DNA of 64,000 nucleotides. Source: Oopsacas minuta (lineage: Eukaryota; Animalia; Porifera). The translations under genes were made by a program, and so were the position numbers. Positions 1 to 11,500 of the stretch are shown piece after piece. The stretch's first letter is position 1. Every line of letters starts with the position of its first letter. The stretch spans positions 673,359-737,358 of the forward strand of contig JAKMXF010000177.1 in assembly GCA_024704765.1 (NCBI GenBank). Direction: 5' to 3'. The notes under the pieces were generated by a model. It saw nothing but the letters and a program-made list of their open reading frames with translations. It searched no databases and was not told the origin of the DNA.

Positions 1-28
1 ATCTTTTTACTTTTTACTACTTCGATGA

Positions 29-528
29 CACTGTCCAACAAATTTTTAGCATTTTTGCTTCTGGAATACACTGTAGTGTTTCTCATGTATTCAAGCACCC
101 TGATTCCAAATATCCAATCAGTTTTTCTCTATCAGGCAGAGATTTTGTAAAATTCGGAAATTTCCAAAATCATGTTTCCATAGATCTCTATAGATTGTAT
201 AATTGTATATGTATTAATACCTTCCGTATATATCGTCAACAATTCAAATTTTCTTAAAATATATAGAATATTATTTGCTCTTTCAAGAGGAGATTATCTG
301 ATTGTATTTTGTATTTATTTCTTTTCAATAATGCCGCGTTGATGTTCAAACCCAACAGATTCTGTCTGTTATATTTGTGGAGAATATACTACAAAATTCC
401 AGCTGAGAGACATGTCTCCCCTTGTACACAAGGGATATGAGCAATATTTTGGTTGCAAGATTGGTGATCAAGATAGGCCTTGGGCACCTCATTTTTGTTG
501 CTCAAAATGTGCAATAGGACTTAGTAAA
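29..528 (+). mobile_element. Chapaev3-like (CMC superfamily) DNA transposon, 5' end only
   Basis: Begins CACTGTCCAAC with subterminal CAGTTTTTCTCTATCA. Encodes YEQYFGCKIGDQDRPWAPHFCCSKC. Near-identical to 32219-32718 and the reverse complement of 58485-58982. Family assigned from recalled Chapaev3 motifs. Confidence 0.7.
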
Positions 529-1045
529 CGCTTCCTACACCACATGTCAAGTTGCATACGTCACAATCCATACCTTGAAATGAGTTTGTACATTCACATG
601 TGTAGTGTTACCGTCCATACATAGTCCATTTACAAAAGGATCAGGGTACAATTGTCAATCACCTCACTGCAGTTCTTAGCAGTGATATCAGGTACACAAA
701 TATACATATAATCATGTGGAGGTACATTAAGACAATTTATGGAAAATTCAGGGTCACAAGGATTAGGGTCGCATGCATCATCAAACACACACACAGGGTA
801 TATTTGGTCAATAAATATGTACGCTGTATCACAGTCACACTCGTATGTATTTGGGTGGGTAAGGTCAGTACAATTGCTACTAGTTCCACACGGATCACTA
901 GAACATAAGTCTGCTTCCTGATCGCATAAGTCAACTGTCAGTGTACGAGGACATTGACACCCAGTGCAATTTGAATATGGACTAGTACCATGTTTGCAGT
1001 CCAGCCCATAGGTAGTACAACTAGAATCCTCCCAATACTCTACAC
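529..1045 (-). pseudogene. Duplicated fragment of the EGF-repeat receptor gene (copy of ~27586-28108)
   Basis: Nucleotide near-identity to 27586-28108; EGF-like Cys repeats (CDPNPCDPEFSINC); truncated at both ends by transposons. Confidence 0.85.
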
Positions 1046-3132
1046 CAGGGGTCTTCAACCTTTTCTTCTATGAGCCAAATATTAGTTTCGTATTAGATTG
1101 GCGAGCCGCATTAAAAGTTAAGGATCATGTATTCTATATTTTAATATAGTACTGTATTATTATGAGTAATTCATCATATTAAAATATTAATGTGAAGGTT
1201 GGTACTGTTTTTGTTGTTGTATTAAGATGCTATCTATATTAGGTTTCATATCAGTCGATGAAATACGAAGAACGTCTTGGAGGTGGTCATCAGTCAAATT
1301 AGTTCTATATTTGTTCTTGATATATTTCATTTTAGAGAAAAATGCCTCGCAAGTGTAAGTACTTCCAAATAAACTAGCTATCCTTCTTGCGTGTTTTAAA
1401 ATAGCAGGATAGATATCTGAAGGAAGAGTTTTATAGAAACTAATTACTCCAACATCCTTGAAGTCTGCCTTGAGATCTATGCTAGACTGCAGGTCTATGA
1501 GTTCAAGTTGAAGCTCCTGTGGAGCATATTGCGGATCAAAACTGAAAGGCTGTGCAAAGATCTCGAAGCTTTGTTGTTGATTTCTAAAATCTCCAAATCG
1601 AATCGAGTATCAAAGTTTTCTTGGAGATTTGAAATTATTTCGGCATATTTGTTTCCATCGGCTATCTTGTGACTTTAGTGCTGGAAAGTGAGAAAAATTG
1701 TTATTTTTAAACTGTAACTTAAATAGAGCGAGTTCATCTCAAAACTTCGAATTGTAGCATAAAGTTCATGAATCAACTTGTTCTTTCCCTGAAGTGTGGA
1801 ATTTAGAATATTTAATTGTGTAGTCATATCTACAAGGAAGGCAAAGTCGCTAATCCAATTTGTATCTTCGAATTCAGGAACTTTCTTGTCCTTTGAGGCT
1901 AAGAGACTTGATATTTCATCTCGTAATTCCCAAACTCTTTCAAGAACTACTCCTCTACTCAGCCACCTAACACTTGTAAAATATAATACATCTCCGTAAT
2001 CTGAATCGAGATCTTTCAAAAATTCTTTCAATTCTCTATGATTCACTCCTTTAGATCTGATAAAATTTACAACGTCTACTATCAACTTCATAACATTTTC
2101 TAGTCCAAGTGTTTTCGCACATAGGGCCTCTTGATGAATAATACAGTGACACCATGATATTTCTGTCAACCATCGTAGAACTTGACCTTTAAATCCTGTA
2201 CCTGTACCAAGCATTGATGGAGCTCCATCTGTTGAAATGCCAGATAACTTTAAGGCAGGAATGTTGTTTTCCGACACAATCTTAAGAAACTCTTCGAAAA
2301 TATCAATGCCACGAGTTCTTCCATGCATAGAACGCAGAGACAGTAATTCCTCGGTAATGTTGAAGTTTTCATCCACGCCTCTTATCCAGATTGTCAATTG
2401 CTCAACATCACAAATATCTTTACTTCCATCAAGTGCCAAGCTACAGAAACTAAAACAACTTGTCTTTTTCCAATAGTTGTGTATGAATATTTTTTGAAAT
2501 TGATTCCACTCGACGCATTACTGTCGTAGCACTCAAGGATACTTGCTGTATTAGTTGTTTTTTGTCGGACAACATTGATCAGCGAATTCATTTAGGCATT
2601 CCTTTATAAATTCACCATCCGTAATTGGTTTCATACGTTTCGCGATTATATTACTGATAGCAAAGCTAACTGCTGTGATAGACTTAACCGAATATCATCT
2701 TTTGAAAAGGTTAAAGATTGATTGTTCACTCTCCAAGTTTCTTTCAAGATTGTCTACTTTAGTCTTTCGTGATTCCCCAAGAATTCCCACAAAATTTGAT
2801 TGGTGTTTGGTATTGTAATGCTTTTCAAAGTTTCCTTTTTTAGCGGAAGCTATTGTTTCACGGCATATTAGGCAAATGAACTTGCCACTGTCCTCCACGA
2901 AAAAATACTTTATTTCCCATTCTATCTTGAATGACCGATTTTCTTCTTGTATCTTCCGCTTTTTCGACCTAGAAGTAGCCATAGTGGATACGTAAATAAT
3001 TAATGAATAATAAAAAATGTGTATTTAGAAAGTATTTGAAATCCGAAAATGAAATTGTATATTGTCAAATACTTCTGATTTATACTTTTGTTTGTATTTG
3101 AATATTGACTGAAGACTTAAATTAATTACTGA
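1046..3132 (-). mobile_element. hAT transposon (Buster/SPIN, GTF2IRD2-like transposase), frameshifted, one end lost
   Basis: Terminus CAGGGGTCTTCAACC at 1046, preceded by CTCTACAC (nnnTAnnn-type target). Transposase pieces over ~1187-2982 include LALDGSKDI, STDGAPSM, HCIIHQE, VRWLSRG and FGSTYTCEAFFS. Confidence 0.85.
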
Positions 3133-4513
3133 GGAAGTCCGACATTTCGTTCCACGACATTTCGTTCCACGACATTTCGTTCCAGACATTTCGTTCCAGC
3201 GACATTTCGTTCCAGCGACATTTCGTTCCACGACATTTCGTTCCACGACATTTCGTTCCACGACATTTCGCTCCACTTTTGATTGGTCAATTTTTGTTAA
3301 TTATTTAACAGGTTTTAAATGGCTAAATAATTGAACTAATTTCTTGTCTGAATTCGTTTGGTTAATTCTAGCATAAATAAAATTGGTTTACCAGTTGTTT
3401 TGTATAATTTGCTAAATAGATTAACTAAGTAGCTTGTATAGATTCATTTAGATTGTGGTCGAAAATATACATAGTATATTATTAGAGGATGACATATATA
3501 ATTACGAGTACGTAGTAGGTATTACAAACTGGTATAGCGTCAAGAGCAGCTGACTAGATCTTATTGCATTTGTTTCAAACAATTTTAGCGTCCTGGCGGA
3601 TTCAGTGGGTGCTAAAACCTGTTTTTCGGAGCCCGCTTCTTTGTCCTGTTTAGTTCCAAATTTCCAATAGACATCAACGTTAACATATTTCAGAATTACA
3701 GACCCCCCATAATTCTGACTTCCAGCTATTTATTAGTACCAAATTTTATTGATGACCCCGAAATTACTGCCATTTCCCTGAGTCCAAGGGTGACCGTAAT
3801 TCAGATGTTCCACTGTACATATACATGTGTGTGTACTTGAAATTACTTCCTTGTTCACATCTTTGGACTTTGGAGGGGTTAAGACCAGATTTGGCATGTA
3901 TACTCGCATGAGATCTAGATGTGCACGGTTATCGAAGTGCTGTGCAGCGCGCCCTGTGTTGGGTTTGCCCCTGTTGACTAAAAACATTGTTTATTGATTA
4001 TATATGTATACCGCCCACCGGAACCACATACGATGCAACAAAGCTGCGTCTTGTAATGTTGCTTTATTTATGTTCGCAATATTTTATAAAAACGAGCGAG
4101 TTTCGCTTGCGGTTTACGATCACGCTATTAGGGGAAACCAGGCCTGACTAAGCCAATGTACAGATGGCCAATTAGAAATGTTTTAAGTTTATATTTCATT
4201 GCTTTTGTCGAGATTATTGAACCAAAGCTTTGTATAAATCCTAGTTTCCCAGTTTAAATATGACTACTTGTATTATTAATAAGTACTTACAAGAAATATA
4301 ATTGATTAATTAAACATTTATCTAAAAACAATTGGAAACTAAACAAAACAAATAGAAACTAAAAACTAAACTATGTTCTACTTGGGTGCAGCTACCACAT
4401 TTCGACCACTGTCCACTTCAATTGGTAGCTGCACCGTCAGGATGAGGAGGAAATCAGGAGAGAGGTAGGAGAGAGGAGATTTTACACATTGGCATGGAGA
4501 GAGAGGGAAAGAG

Positions 4514-5743
4514 AAAGCAAGGGTTCATACGAAGGGAATGGAGATAGTGAAGCGTACGAATGAGCATCTACATGCACCTGATGTGCAGGCTACTGCCTGC
4601 TGTGAGATAAAGGCCGGCATCAAGAGGAAAGCACGAGACACACAGGATAGCTCACACCACATAATCGGTGAGGGTATGCTAACAGCATCAGAGGGTACTG
4701 CTGCTAAACTACCTAAGCTGGACAGCCTGAAGCGGACGATACAGCGTCAGCGTGCAAGTGTATTATCAGCTCCAGTGCAGCCTACCGCCCTATCAGAGTT
4801 GGTTCTACCTGCAGAATACCAGCGGACAGCCAAGGGGGAACAGTTCCTACTCTATGACTCTGGGGAAGACGATGCACATAGATTCCTCATCTTCGGGACA
4901 CAACGCAACCTCGGGATGCTACAGCAAAGCAAGATCTGGCTAGCTGATGGCACCTTCAAGACGGCGCCTCCCCTCTTCGCCCAGGTGTATGTGGTGCATG
5001 GACTCCGAGGAGGAGACGATCCTATGAAGACTGGTCATCTGTTGCCGAGTCTGTTCGTGCTGCTGCCCAACAAGACAGAGGATACCTACCGTAGGATGTG
5101 GGAGCAGATCCGCCTACTCTGTCCTCTTGCCCAGCCTGAACAGATGCTCCTGGACTTTGAGAAGGGCGCAATTAACAGCTTTGAGCATGTCTGGCCTAAC
5201 ACAGTGGTGAAGTGCTGCTTCTTCCACCTCACACAGAATATCTGGCGCCATGTGCAGTCTGTAGGGCTGCAGTCTGACTACACACATGACGAAGAGCTGG
5301 CCATGTGCATCCGGAAGATACCAGCCCTTGCATTCGCCCGACCAGCAGACGTACCCGATCTGTTTGAGCAAGTGTCAATGGACCTCCCCCTTACGTCTGA
5401 GATAGGCGAGCTAGTCGACTACTTTGAGAGGACGTATATCGGTCGCACGCTAGCCACTGGACACCATGTAGCGGCGACGTTCCCAATTGGCCTGTGGAAC
5501 TACCACTTCAGCACTCCATTCGGACTCCCCCGTACAACCAACGCCGTAGAGGCATGGCACCGCAGCTTCAATGCCACTGTCGGCTGCCATCACCCCACCA
5601 TATGGAAGTTCCTCCTAGCCCTCAAGCGTGAGCAGGGCCTAGTGGAGGTGCGGCAGACTAACTACCTTGCTGGGAAGCCGCCAACCAAACGGAGGAGGTC
5701 CCAACAGAGTGAACAAGCGTTGAGGACTCTAGTTGGAGAATAT
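4514..5743 (+). repeat. Inverted duplicate of the MULE transposase gene (pairs with 5950-7179), N-terminally truncated ORF 4538-5785
   Basis: Translation is identical to the minus-strand transposase over the shared span. Both ends of the match give the same coordinate sum (4514+7179 = 5743+5950). Confidence 0.93.
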
Positions 5744-5877
5744 ATCCACCAGACCATACTAAGACGAAGTTCCATACAAGTGTAGACACCATCTCAGCCT
5801 GAGAACGGATGTTAATCTTCCGTATTATCTATACCTCAAATAAATTTGATTTTGAGATAATACTTTAGATTAACATG

Positions 5878-7320
5878 TTAATCCGCTCCCAGACTGAAAT
5901 GATGTGCTACACCCTGCAAGAACTCCATCTTAGTACGATTTGGTGAATAATATTCTCCAACTAGAGTCCTCAACGCTTGTTCACTCTGTTGGGACCTCCT
6001 CCGTTTGGTTGGCGGCTTCCCAGCAAGGTAGTTAGTCTGCCGCACCTCCACTAGGCCCTGCTCACGCTTGAGGGCTAGGAGGAACTTCCATATGGTGGGG
6101 TGATGGCAGCCGACAGTGGCATTGAAGCTGCGGTGCCATGCCTCTACGGCGTTGGTTGTACGGGGGAGTCCGAATGGAGTGCTGAAGTGGTAGTTCCACA
6201 GGCCAATTGGGAACGTCGCCGCTACATGGTGTCCAGTGGCTAGCGTGCGACCGATATACGTCCTCTCAAAGTAGTCGACTAGCTCGCCTATCTCAGACGT
6301 AAGGGGGAGGTCCATTGACACTTGCTCAAACAGATCGGGTACGTCTGCTGGTCGGGCGAATGCAAGGGCTGGTATCTTCCGGATGCACATGGCCAGCTCT
6401 TCGTCATGTGTGTAGTCAGACTGCAGCCCTACAGACTGCACATGGCGCCAGATATTCTGTGTGAGGTGGAAGAAGCAGCACTTCACCACTGTGTTAGGCC
6501 AGACATGCTCAAAGCTGTTAATTGCGCCCTTCTCAAAGTCCAGGAGCATCTGTTCAGGCTGGGCAAGAGGACAGAGTAGGCGGATCTGCTCCCACATCCT
6601 ACGGTAGGTATCCTCTGTCTTGTTGGGCAGCAGCACGAACAGACTCGGCAACAGATGACCAGTCTTCATAGGATCGTCTCCTCCTCGGAGTCCATGCACC
6701 ACATACACCTGGGCGAAGAGGGGAGGCGCCGTCTTGAAGGTGCCATCAGCTAGCCAGATCTTGCTTTGCTGTAGCATCCCGAGGTTGCGTTGTGTCCCGA
6801 AGATGAGGAATCTATGTGCATCGTCTTCCCCAGAGTCATAGAGTAGGAACTGTTCCCCCTTGGCTGTCCGCTGGTATTCTGCAGGTAGAACCAACTCTGA
6901 TAGGGCGGTAGGCTGCACTGGAGCTGATAATACACTTGCACGCTGACGCTGTATCGTCCGCTTCAGGCTGTCCAGCTTAGGTAGTTTAGCAGCAGTACCC
7001 TCTGATGCTGTTAGCATACCCTCACCGATTATGTGGTGTGAGCTATCCTGTGTGTCTCGTGCTTTCCTCTTGATGCCGGCCTTTATCTCACAGCAGGCAG
7101 TAGCCTGCACATCAGGTGCATGTAGATGCTCATTCGTACGCTTCACTATCTCCATTCCCTTCGTATGAACCCTTGCTTTACACTCTCCTCTCTGCTCACA
7201 CTGCCAATGTGTAATTTCTCCAACTCTCCTATGCATCAAATATATGTATCCTCCTTCTATCATCTTCTGTCCTCCCTTACTAGTTGTGATCAGCCTGAAG
7301 GAGGGCTGATCAGGGTCCAT
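5878..7320 (-). CDS. Intact MULE transposase with N-terminal FLYWCH zinc finger (480 aa)
   Basis: FLYWCH-like GYIYLMHRRVGEITHWQCEQRGECKARVH; catalytic ADGTF, LLDFE, CCFFH and TTNAVEAWH motifs; uninterrupted ORF. Confidence 0.92.
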   Translation of the reverse strand: MDPDQPSFRLITTSKGGQKMIEGGYIYLMHRRVGEITHWQCEQRGECKARVHTKGMEIVKRTNEHLHAPDVQATACCEIKAGIKRKARDTQDSSHHIIGEGMLTASEGTAAKLPKLDSLKRTIQRQRASVLSAPVQPTALSELVLPAEYQRTAKGEQFLLYDSGEDDAHRFLIFGTQRNLGMLQQSKIWLADGTFKTAPPLFAQVYVVHGLRGGDDPMKTGHLLPSLFVLLPNKTEDTYRRMWEQIRLLCPLAQPEQMLLDFEKGAINSFEHVWPNTVVKCCFFHLTQNIWRHVQSVGLQSDYTHDEELAMCIRKIPALAFARPADVPDLFEQVSMDLPLTSEIGELVDYFERTYIGRTLATGHHVAATFPIGLWNYHFSTPFGLPRTTNAVEAWHRSFNATVGCHHPTIWKFLLALKREQGLVEVRQTNYLAGKPPTKRRRSQQSEQALRTLVGEYYSPNRTKMEFLQGVAHHFSLGAD

Positions 7321-7460
7321 TGAGAATAGAAGAGTTGTTTAAAAGAATACAAAAATGTAGCAAAATAATATTTTAGCTGATAATGCAAGCTGAAAATAAT
7401 ACAATTGCAACATTTAAATAGAACTACAAAGGTGACTCCATGTTTACTGGCAAACATACA

Positions 7461-7554
7461 ATTAATTTCGCATCTTCTCCATCAAAGGAATTAATTTCGC
7501 ATCTTCTCCATCAAAAGAATTAACTTCGCATCTTCTCCATCAAAAGAATTAATT
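7461..7554. repeat. 29-bp tandem repeat (3 units plus a partial) upstream of the MULE transposase
   Basis: ATTAA(T/C)TTCGCATCTTCTCCATCAAA(G/A)GA units start at 7461, 7490 and 7519. Confidence 0.9.
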
Positions 7555-7883
7555 ACTACGTATGTATTTCTGAAATAAATTCGTTACCTTTACGATAAAT
7601 CATCTTACCTCACTTTGCTAACACAGAACTTCTATGTTTAGGTTTACGATATCAGAACTGTAACATTAGATTCTTCTGAAATCATTCATCCCAAATTAAT
7701 TGATTGTATTTGCAATATTATTTAGCCATTTAAAACCTGTGAAATTATTAACAAAAATTGGCCAATCAAAAGTGGAGCGAAATGTCGTGGAACGAAATGT
7801 CGTGGAACGAAATGTCCCTGGAACGAAATGTCTGGAACGAAATGTCGTGGAACGAAATGTCGTGGAACGAAATGTCGGTATCC

Positions 7884-8490
7884 GACACAATCACATCCAT
7901 TACAAGTTGAATTTACTTATCCACCGTTTTTATATACAATGGGAGAAGTAAAACAATCGGTACCCTCCCACATGTTATTACAGTCACACCTATACACATT
8001 ATCTCCTATACCATCGATACATAATCCCCCAACTTGACAAGGAGTACCCAAGCAAGGAAGGTATTGGCTCTCGCATGCAGTACTGAAATAATTAACAGTA
8101 CAATTACAAGCACTACACTCTGTCTCAGCTGTTCCATTCTGGCAGATTAAATCACAGTTTGAGCGGTCAGGACCTGATCTATTCGGAGCACAAACACAAG
8201 CAGACTCAATATTATACACATAGTTCAAAGGGCGCATGACTACACACATTCCATCGAGACTATGAGAGCAACACTCTGATGCAGACTGTCGGTAGCAATA
8301 ACCTAATGAATTATTAACACCAGCTCTAAGACAATCATCATCACATTCCATATAACCGTACAGATCACTAGAGACTAGAAAGAAGTTAAGATTACATTCA
8401 TAACGATCTACACGCATATAAGAAGAATTTAGAAATACAGGGGGGTTATTAGGTACAGAAATAGTAACAGTGGTATTATCAACTATCCAA
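7884..8490 (-). pseudogene. Second duplicated fragment of the EGF-repeat receptor gene (copy of ~28391-28996)
   Basis: Near-identical to 28391-28996; then jumps to the equivalent of ~29480, so the signal-peptide/N-terminal part is deleted. Confidence 0.85.
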
Positions 8491-8584
8491 AATATAGTAG
8501 AGCATTTAGAAATATTACACACAAGTTCTTTAGGAAATATGCGCAAAAGCAGCAGGCTTAACTGAAGGAGAGAGAAAGAGAAAT

Positions 8585-11500
8585 TTATTTGTCAATTTTA
8601 GGAGGTGGTGTACAATGAAGGTCAATAAAGGTGTGAAAAAACGCAGGTAGTGTTTCTGTAGACAGTTGGTACTCTACGATAATCCGTGCGGACAGACAAG
8701 CTAGTTTTAATGGGTAATACGATCTTAGTGCTAGATACTGTGGGGGAAGTTTACTGATACAACATTCTATAGGCGTTCGATTTGAGGGAGTAACAGAATC
8801 TAAATGTGACCCAGCTTGTATTAACGCGTGGATAACGGAATCAGGAACTGTTTCTAACATACACGCTAAATGTAACGCGGTTAAACCGTCCTTATCTGAT
8901 ATCTCTAACATATCTGGAGTAGATACAGCAATGAATGCGTTCAGCACATTCTCATTTATAAGAAATACTTTGATTTCATAATAGAATGGAAAATAGGTTC
9001 ATCTCTTGTTAATGGATGAAATAATAGCTGCAGTGCTTCTAACATCACAGGATTTCTATAAACGACAGACTCGACAGTAGTGAAAGATGGAAATTTCTCC
9101 AACCAAATATCAAGAAACTGGTTCAAACACTTATGATACTAAACGTTCATATTAGCTTCTATACCTCTCAGCAAAACAGTATACCTTCTGTAAATACACT
9201 TGAAATAATCAGCAAACCTTTCCATTGTCATAACATCAATATTGAGGTCTGGCAATAGTGTATTTACAGGGTGACAATTAAGTTCTGATACATAATTCCA
9301 ATAGATCTGATTCGTTTCCAATATATTATATTACCATTTCTATCATTTATATTCTAACATATATGTCTTCCTGTTATGCTCAAACAGTAATCTAAATCTA
9401 TATACGCATAATATCAGAAATTTCAACATGGAAGTAAAGAGGTCAAAAATTATCTCATTATTTATGACCGGGAGCACACAGAGCGAGATTTTGAAAAATC
9501 TGAAAAGTGAAAAAATCAACAGATTATTCATTTATCGCACTATTAAACGATATAACGATACCAAAAGTGTGGAGGACAAGCCTCGTTCTGGCCGACCGAC
9601 TACAGTTCGTACGAGGGCACTAAGGGAAAAACTCCGCAGTAAAATCCGCCGAAATCCCAGGCGGTCAATCTGGAAGATGGCAAGGGAGTACTCTGTTAAT
9701 CGCGAAACATTGCGAAAGGTGATACATGAGGACCTGGGACTTAAATCACTCAAACGGCAAACATTTCATTATCTCACTCCCACTCTTCAGGTAAAAAGAC
9801 TTGAAAGGTGCAAAAGGCTTCTGCGGCGCCTCGTAAATGAAGATTATGAACAGTGTTGTTTTCGGACGAAAAGATTTTCACGGTAGAAGAAGCAACTAAC
9901 CGTCAAAATGATAGAATTATTGCGTCCTCATGCAAAGACATCCCTGAGAACATTAAATTCATCGATCGAGTGCAAAAACCACTTTCTGTGATGGTCTGGG
10001 CTGGGGTGTCCGCAGATTCTCGGACAAAATTGATTTTGTCCCACAAGGGGTCAAAATTAACTCGCAAACATATAGAGAGTTGATTCTTGAGTCTGTAATC
10101 AAATCTGCTGGTTCATCCTTGTTCAAAAACACACCCTGGATATTCCAGCAGGACTCTGCGCCAGCGCATGCCTCGAAAGCAACTCAATCCTGGCTTTTAG
10201 GGGAAAATATTGACTTTTTGTCCAAGGAAGAATGGCCTCCTTCAAGTCCGGATTTGAATCCACTTGACTATTCCGTCTGGGGGACTTTACAGAGCAGAGC
10301 CTGCGCTACTCCGCATAGAAATTTGGAATCTCTGCGGAAGGCTTTGATTACAGAATGGGAGAAAATTCCGCAAGAAGAACTCCGGAAATCTGTCCAACGG
10401 TTTCAAGGACGACTTAAAGCTGTAGTAAAGGCAAAAGGCGGTTATATCGAATAGAATTGGATAGGAAGATTTATTATAATATGCTTTAACTGTCAGTGAA
10501 AATTTGGATTGAAAGGATAACGAGTTTAGGAAAAACCATAGTATATTCGTGTATCTGAACTTAATTGTCACCCTGTACTTGACGCAAGAGCACCTTAAAT
10601 TCATTTGCAGATGCTTGTGTTGGCATCCAATTTGTCTTTACGACAGCTTGTAATAGCTGATACAATAGCTCACAACATCTCCAATAATACACAGAACCTT
10701 CACTATACAAACGGTTGGTTAATCGAATCTTAAGATCACAAGATGTGTAGTATAATGGCCCGAATACTCTCTCGCTTATTAGCACACACTGAATGAGGTA
10801 GTTTTTATGTGAAATATTATAAATATCAGTTAATATTCTAACTTCCTGTACACCCTCGTATAAATCTATAGCTGGTTTCCCGGGATAACCTAAATTGTGT
10901 ATTTCTCTCAATTCAAGTGCTTTTCTCCAAAATTCAGTTACTTTAGAAGAAGGATAATCCCCGAATCTCTCTTATCCCTCTGACTAACCACATATCAACT
11001 TCACATTCAAGAGTACATTCAGGCTGTTTACTGAGATAATCCATTGCATATTCATTGTGACATTTGGGCAGTTACAAATAAATGACAGGGGGGTTGATAC
11101 ACCTCTGGTACTGTGTAGTAAGGTATAGGAGGAGATGGAGATTGGGCTCTACATGGCCAGATTATTTTAGCTCCGAGGTGGATTAATAGGTTGAATATCT
11201 CTTTGGATTCTCGTTCTATTGCTATGTGTAATAAGTCTATTCCTGCAGCTGTTGTCTGACTGAGATCGGCTTTGCCATAAGTAACTGTATACAAATATAT
11301 GGTAACTAATATTAAAGTATAATACAGTCAATTCCCAATATCCGAAACCCAAGGGATCGTGATCGATATAATGTGAGTTAACTGTACGTATAGAATTCGT
11401 ATAAATATTCCTACTGTAGATTATCTATATATTACTTACCGAGTAATCTAAGAGCATCTTCATCATCAACCAATACAGGCATCATAAAAGGAGACTGCCC

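Larger units (their letters stand above)
3133..7883 (-). mobile_element. MULE/Mutator DNA transposon with ~200 bp modular TIRs
   Basis: TIRs ~3133-3331 and ~7717-7883 contain tandem GACATTTCGTTCCAC-type 14-16 bp units (9 left, 7 right). Internal FLYWCH-MULE transposase. No matching TSD on the flanks. Confidence 0.9.

Noticed and set aside
412-624. 70-aa ORF (and ORF 32945-33442) as novel fusion proteins
   Set aside because: The first joins Chapaev3 codons to the antisense strand of the EGF fragment. The second runs across an n into antisense Chapaev3 sequence.
3141-3276. CRISPR-like array of GACATTTCGTTCCAC repeats (also 7772-7876)
   Set aside because: The units are contiguous with no unique spacers, occur as an inverted pair forming MULE TIRs, and there are no cas genes. 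The ORFs 3025-3276 and 7696-8037 are repeat read-through.
4752-6941. Small paired ORFs (4752-4943/6750-6941, 5114-5371/6322-6579)
   Set aside because: They are alternative-frame or antisense shadows of the GC-rich transposase, duplicated by the palindrome.
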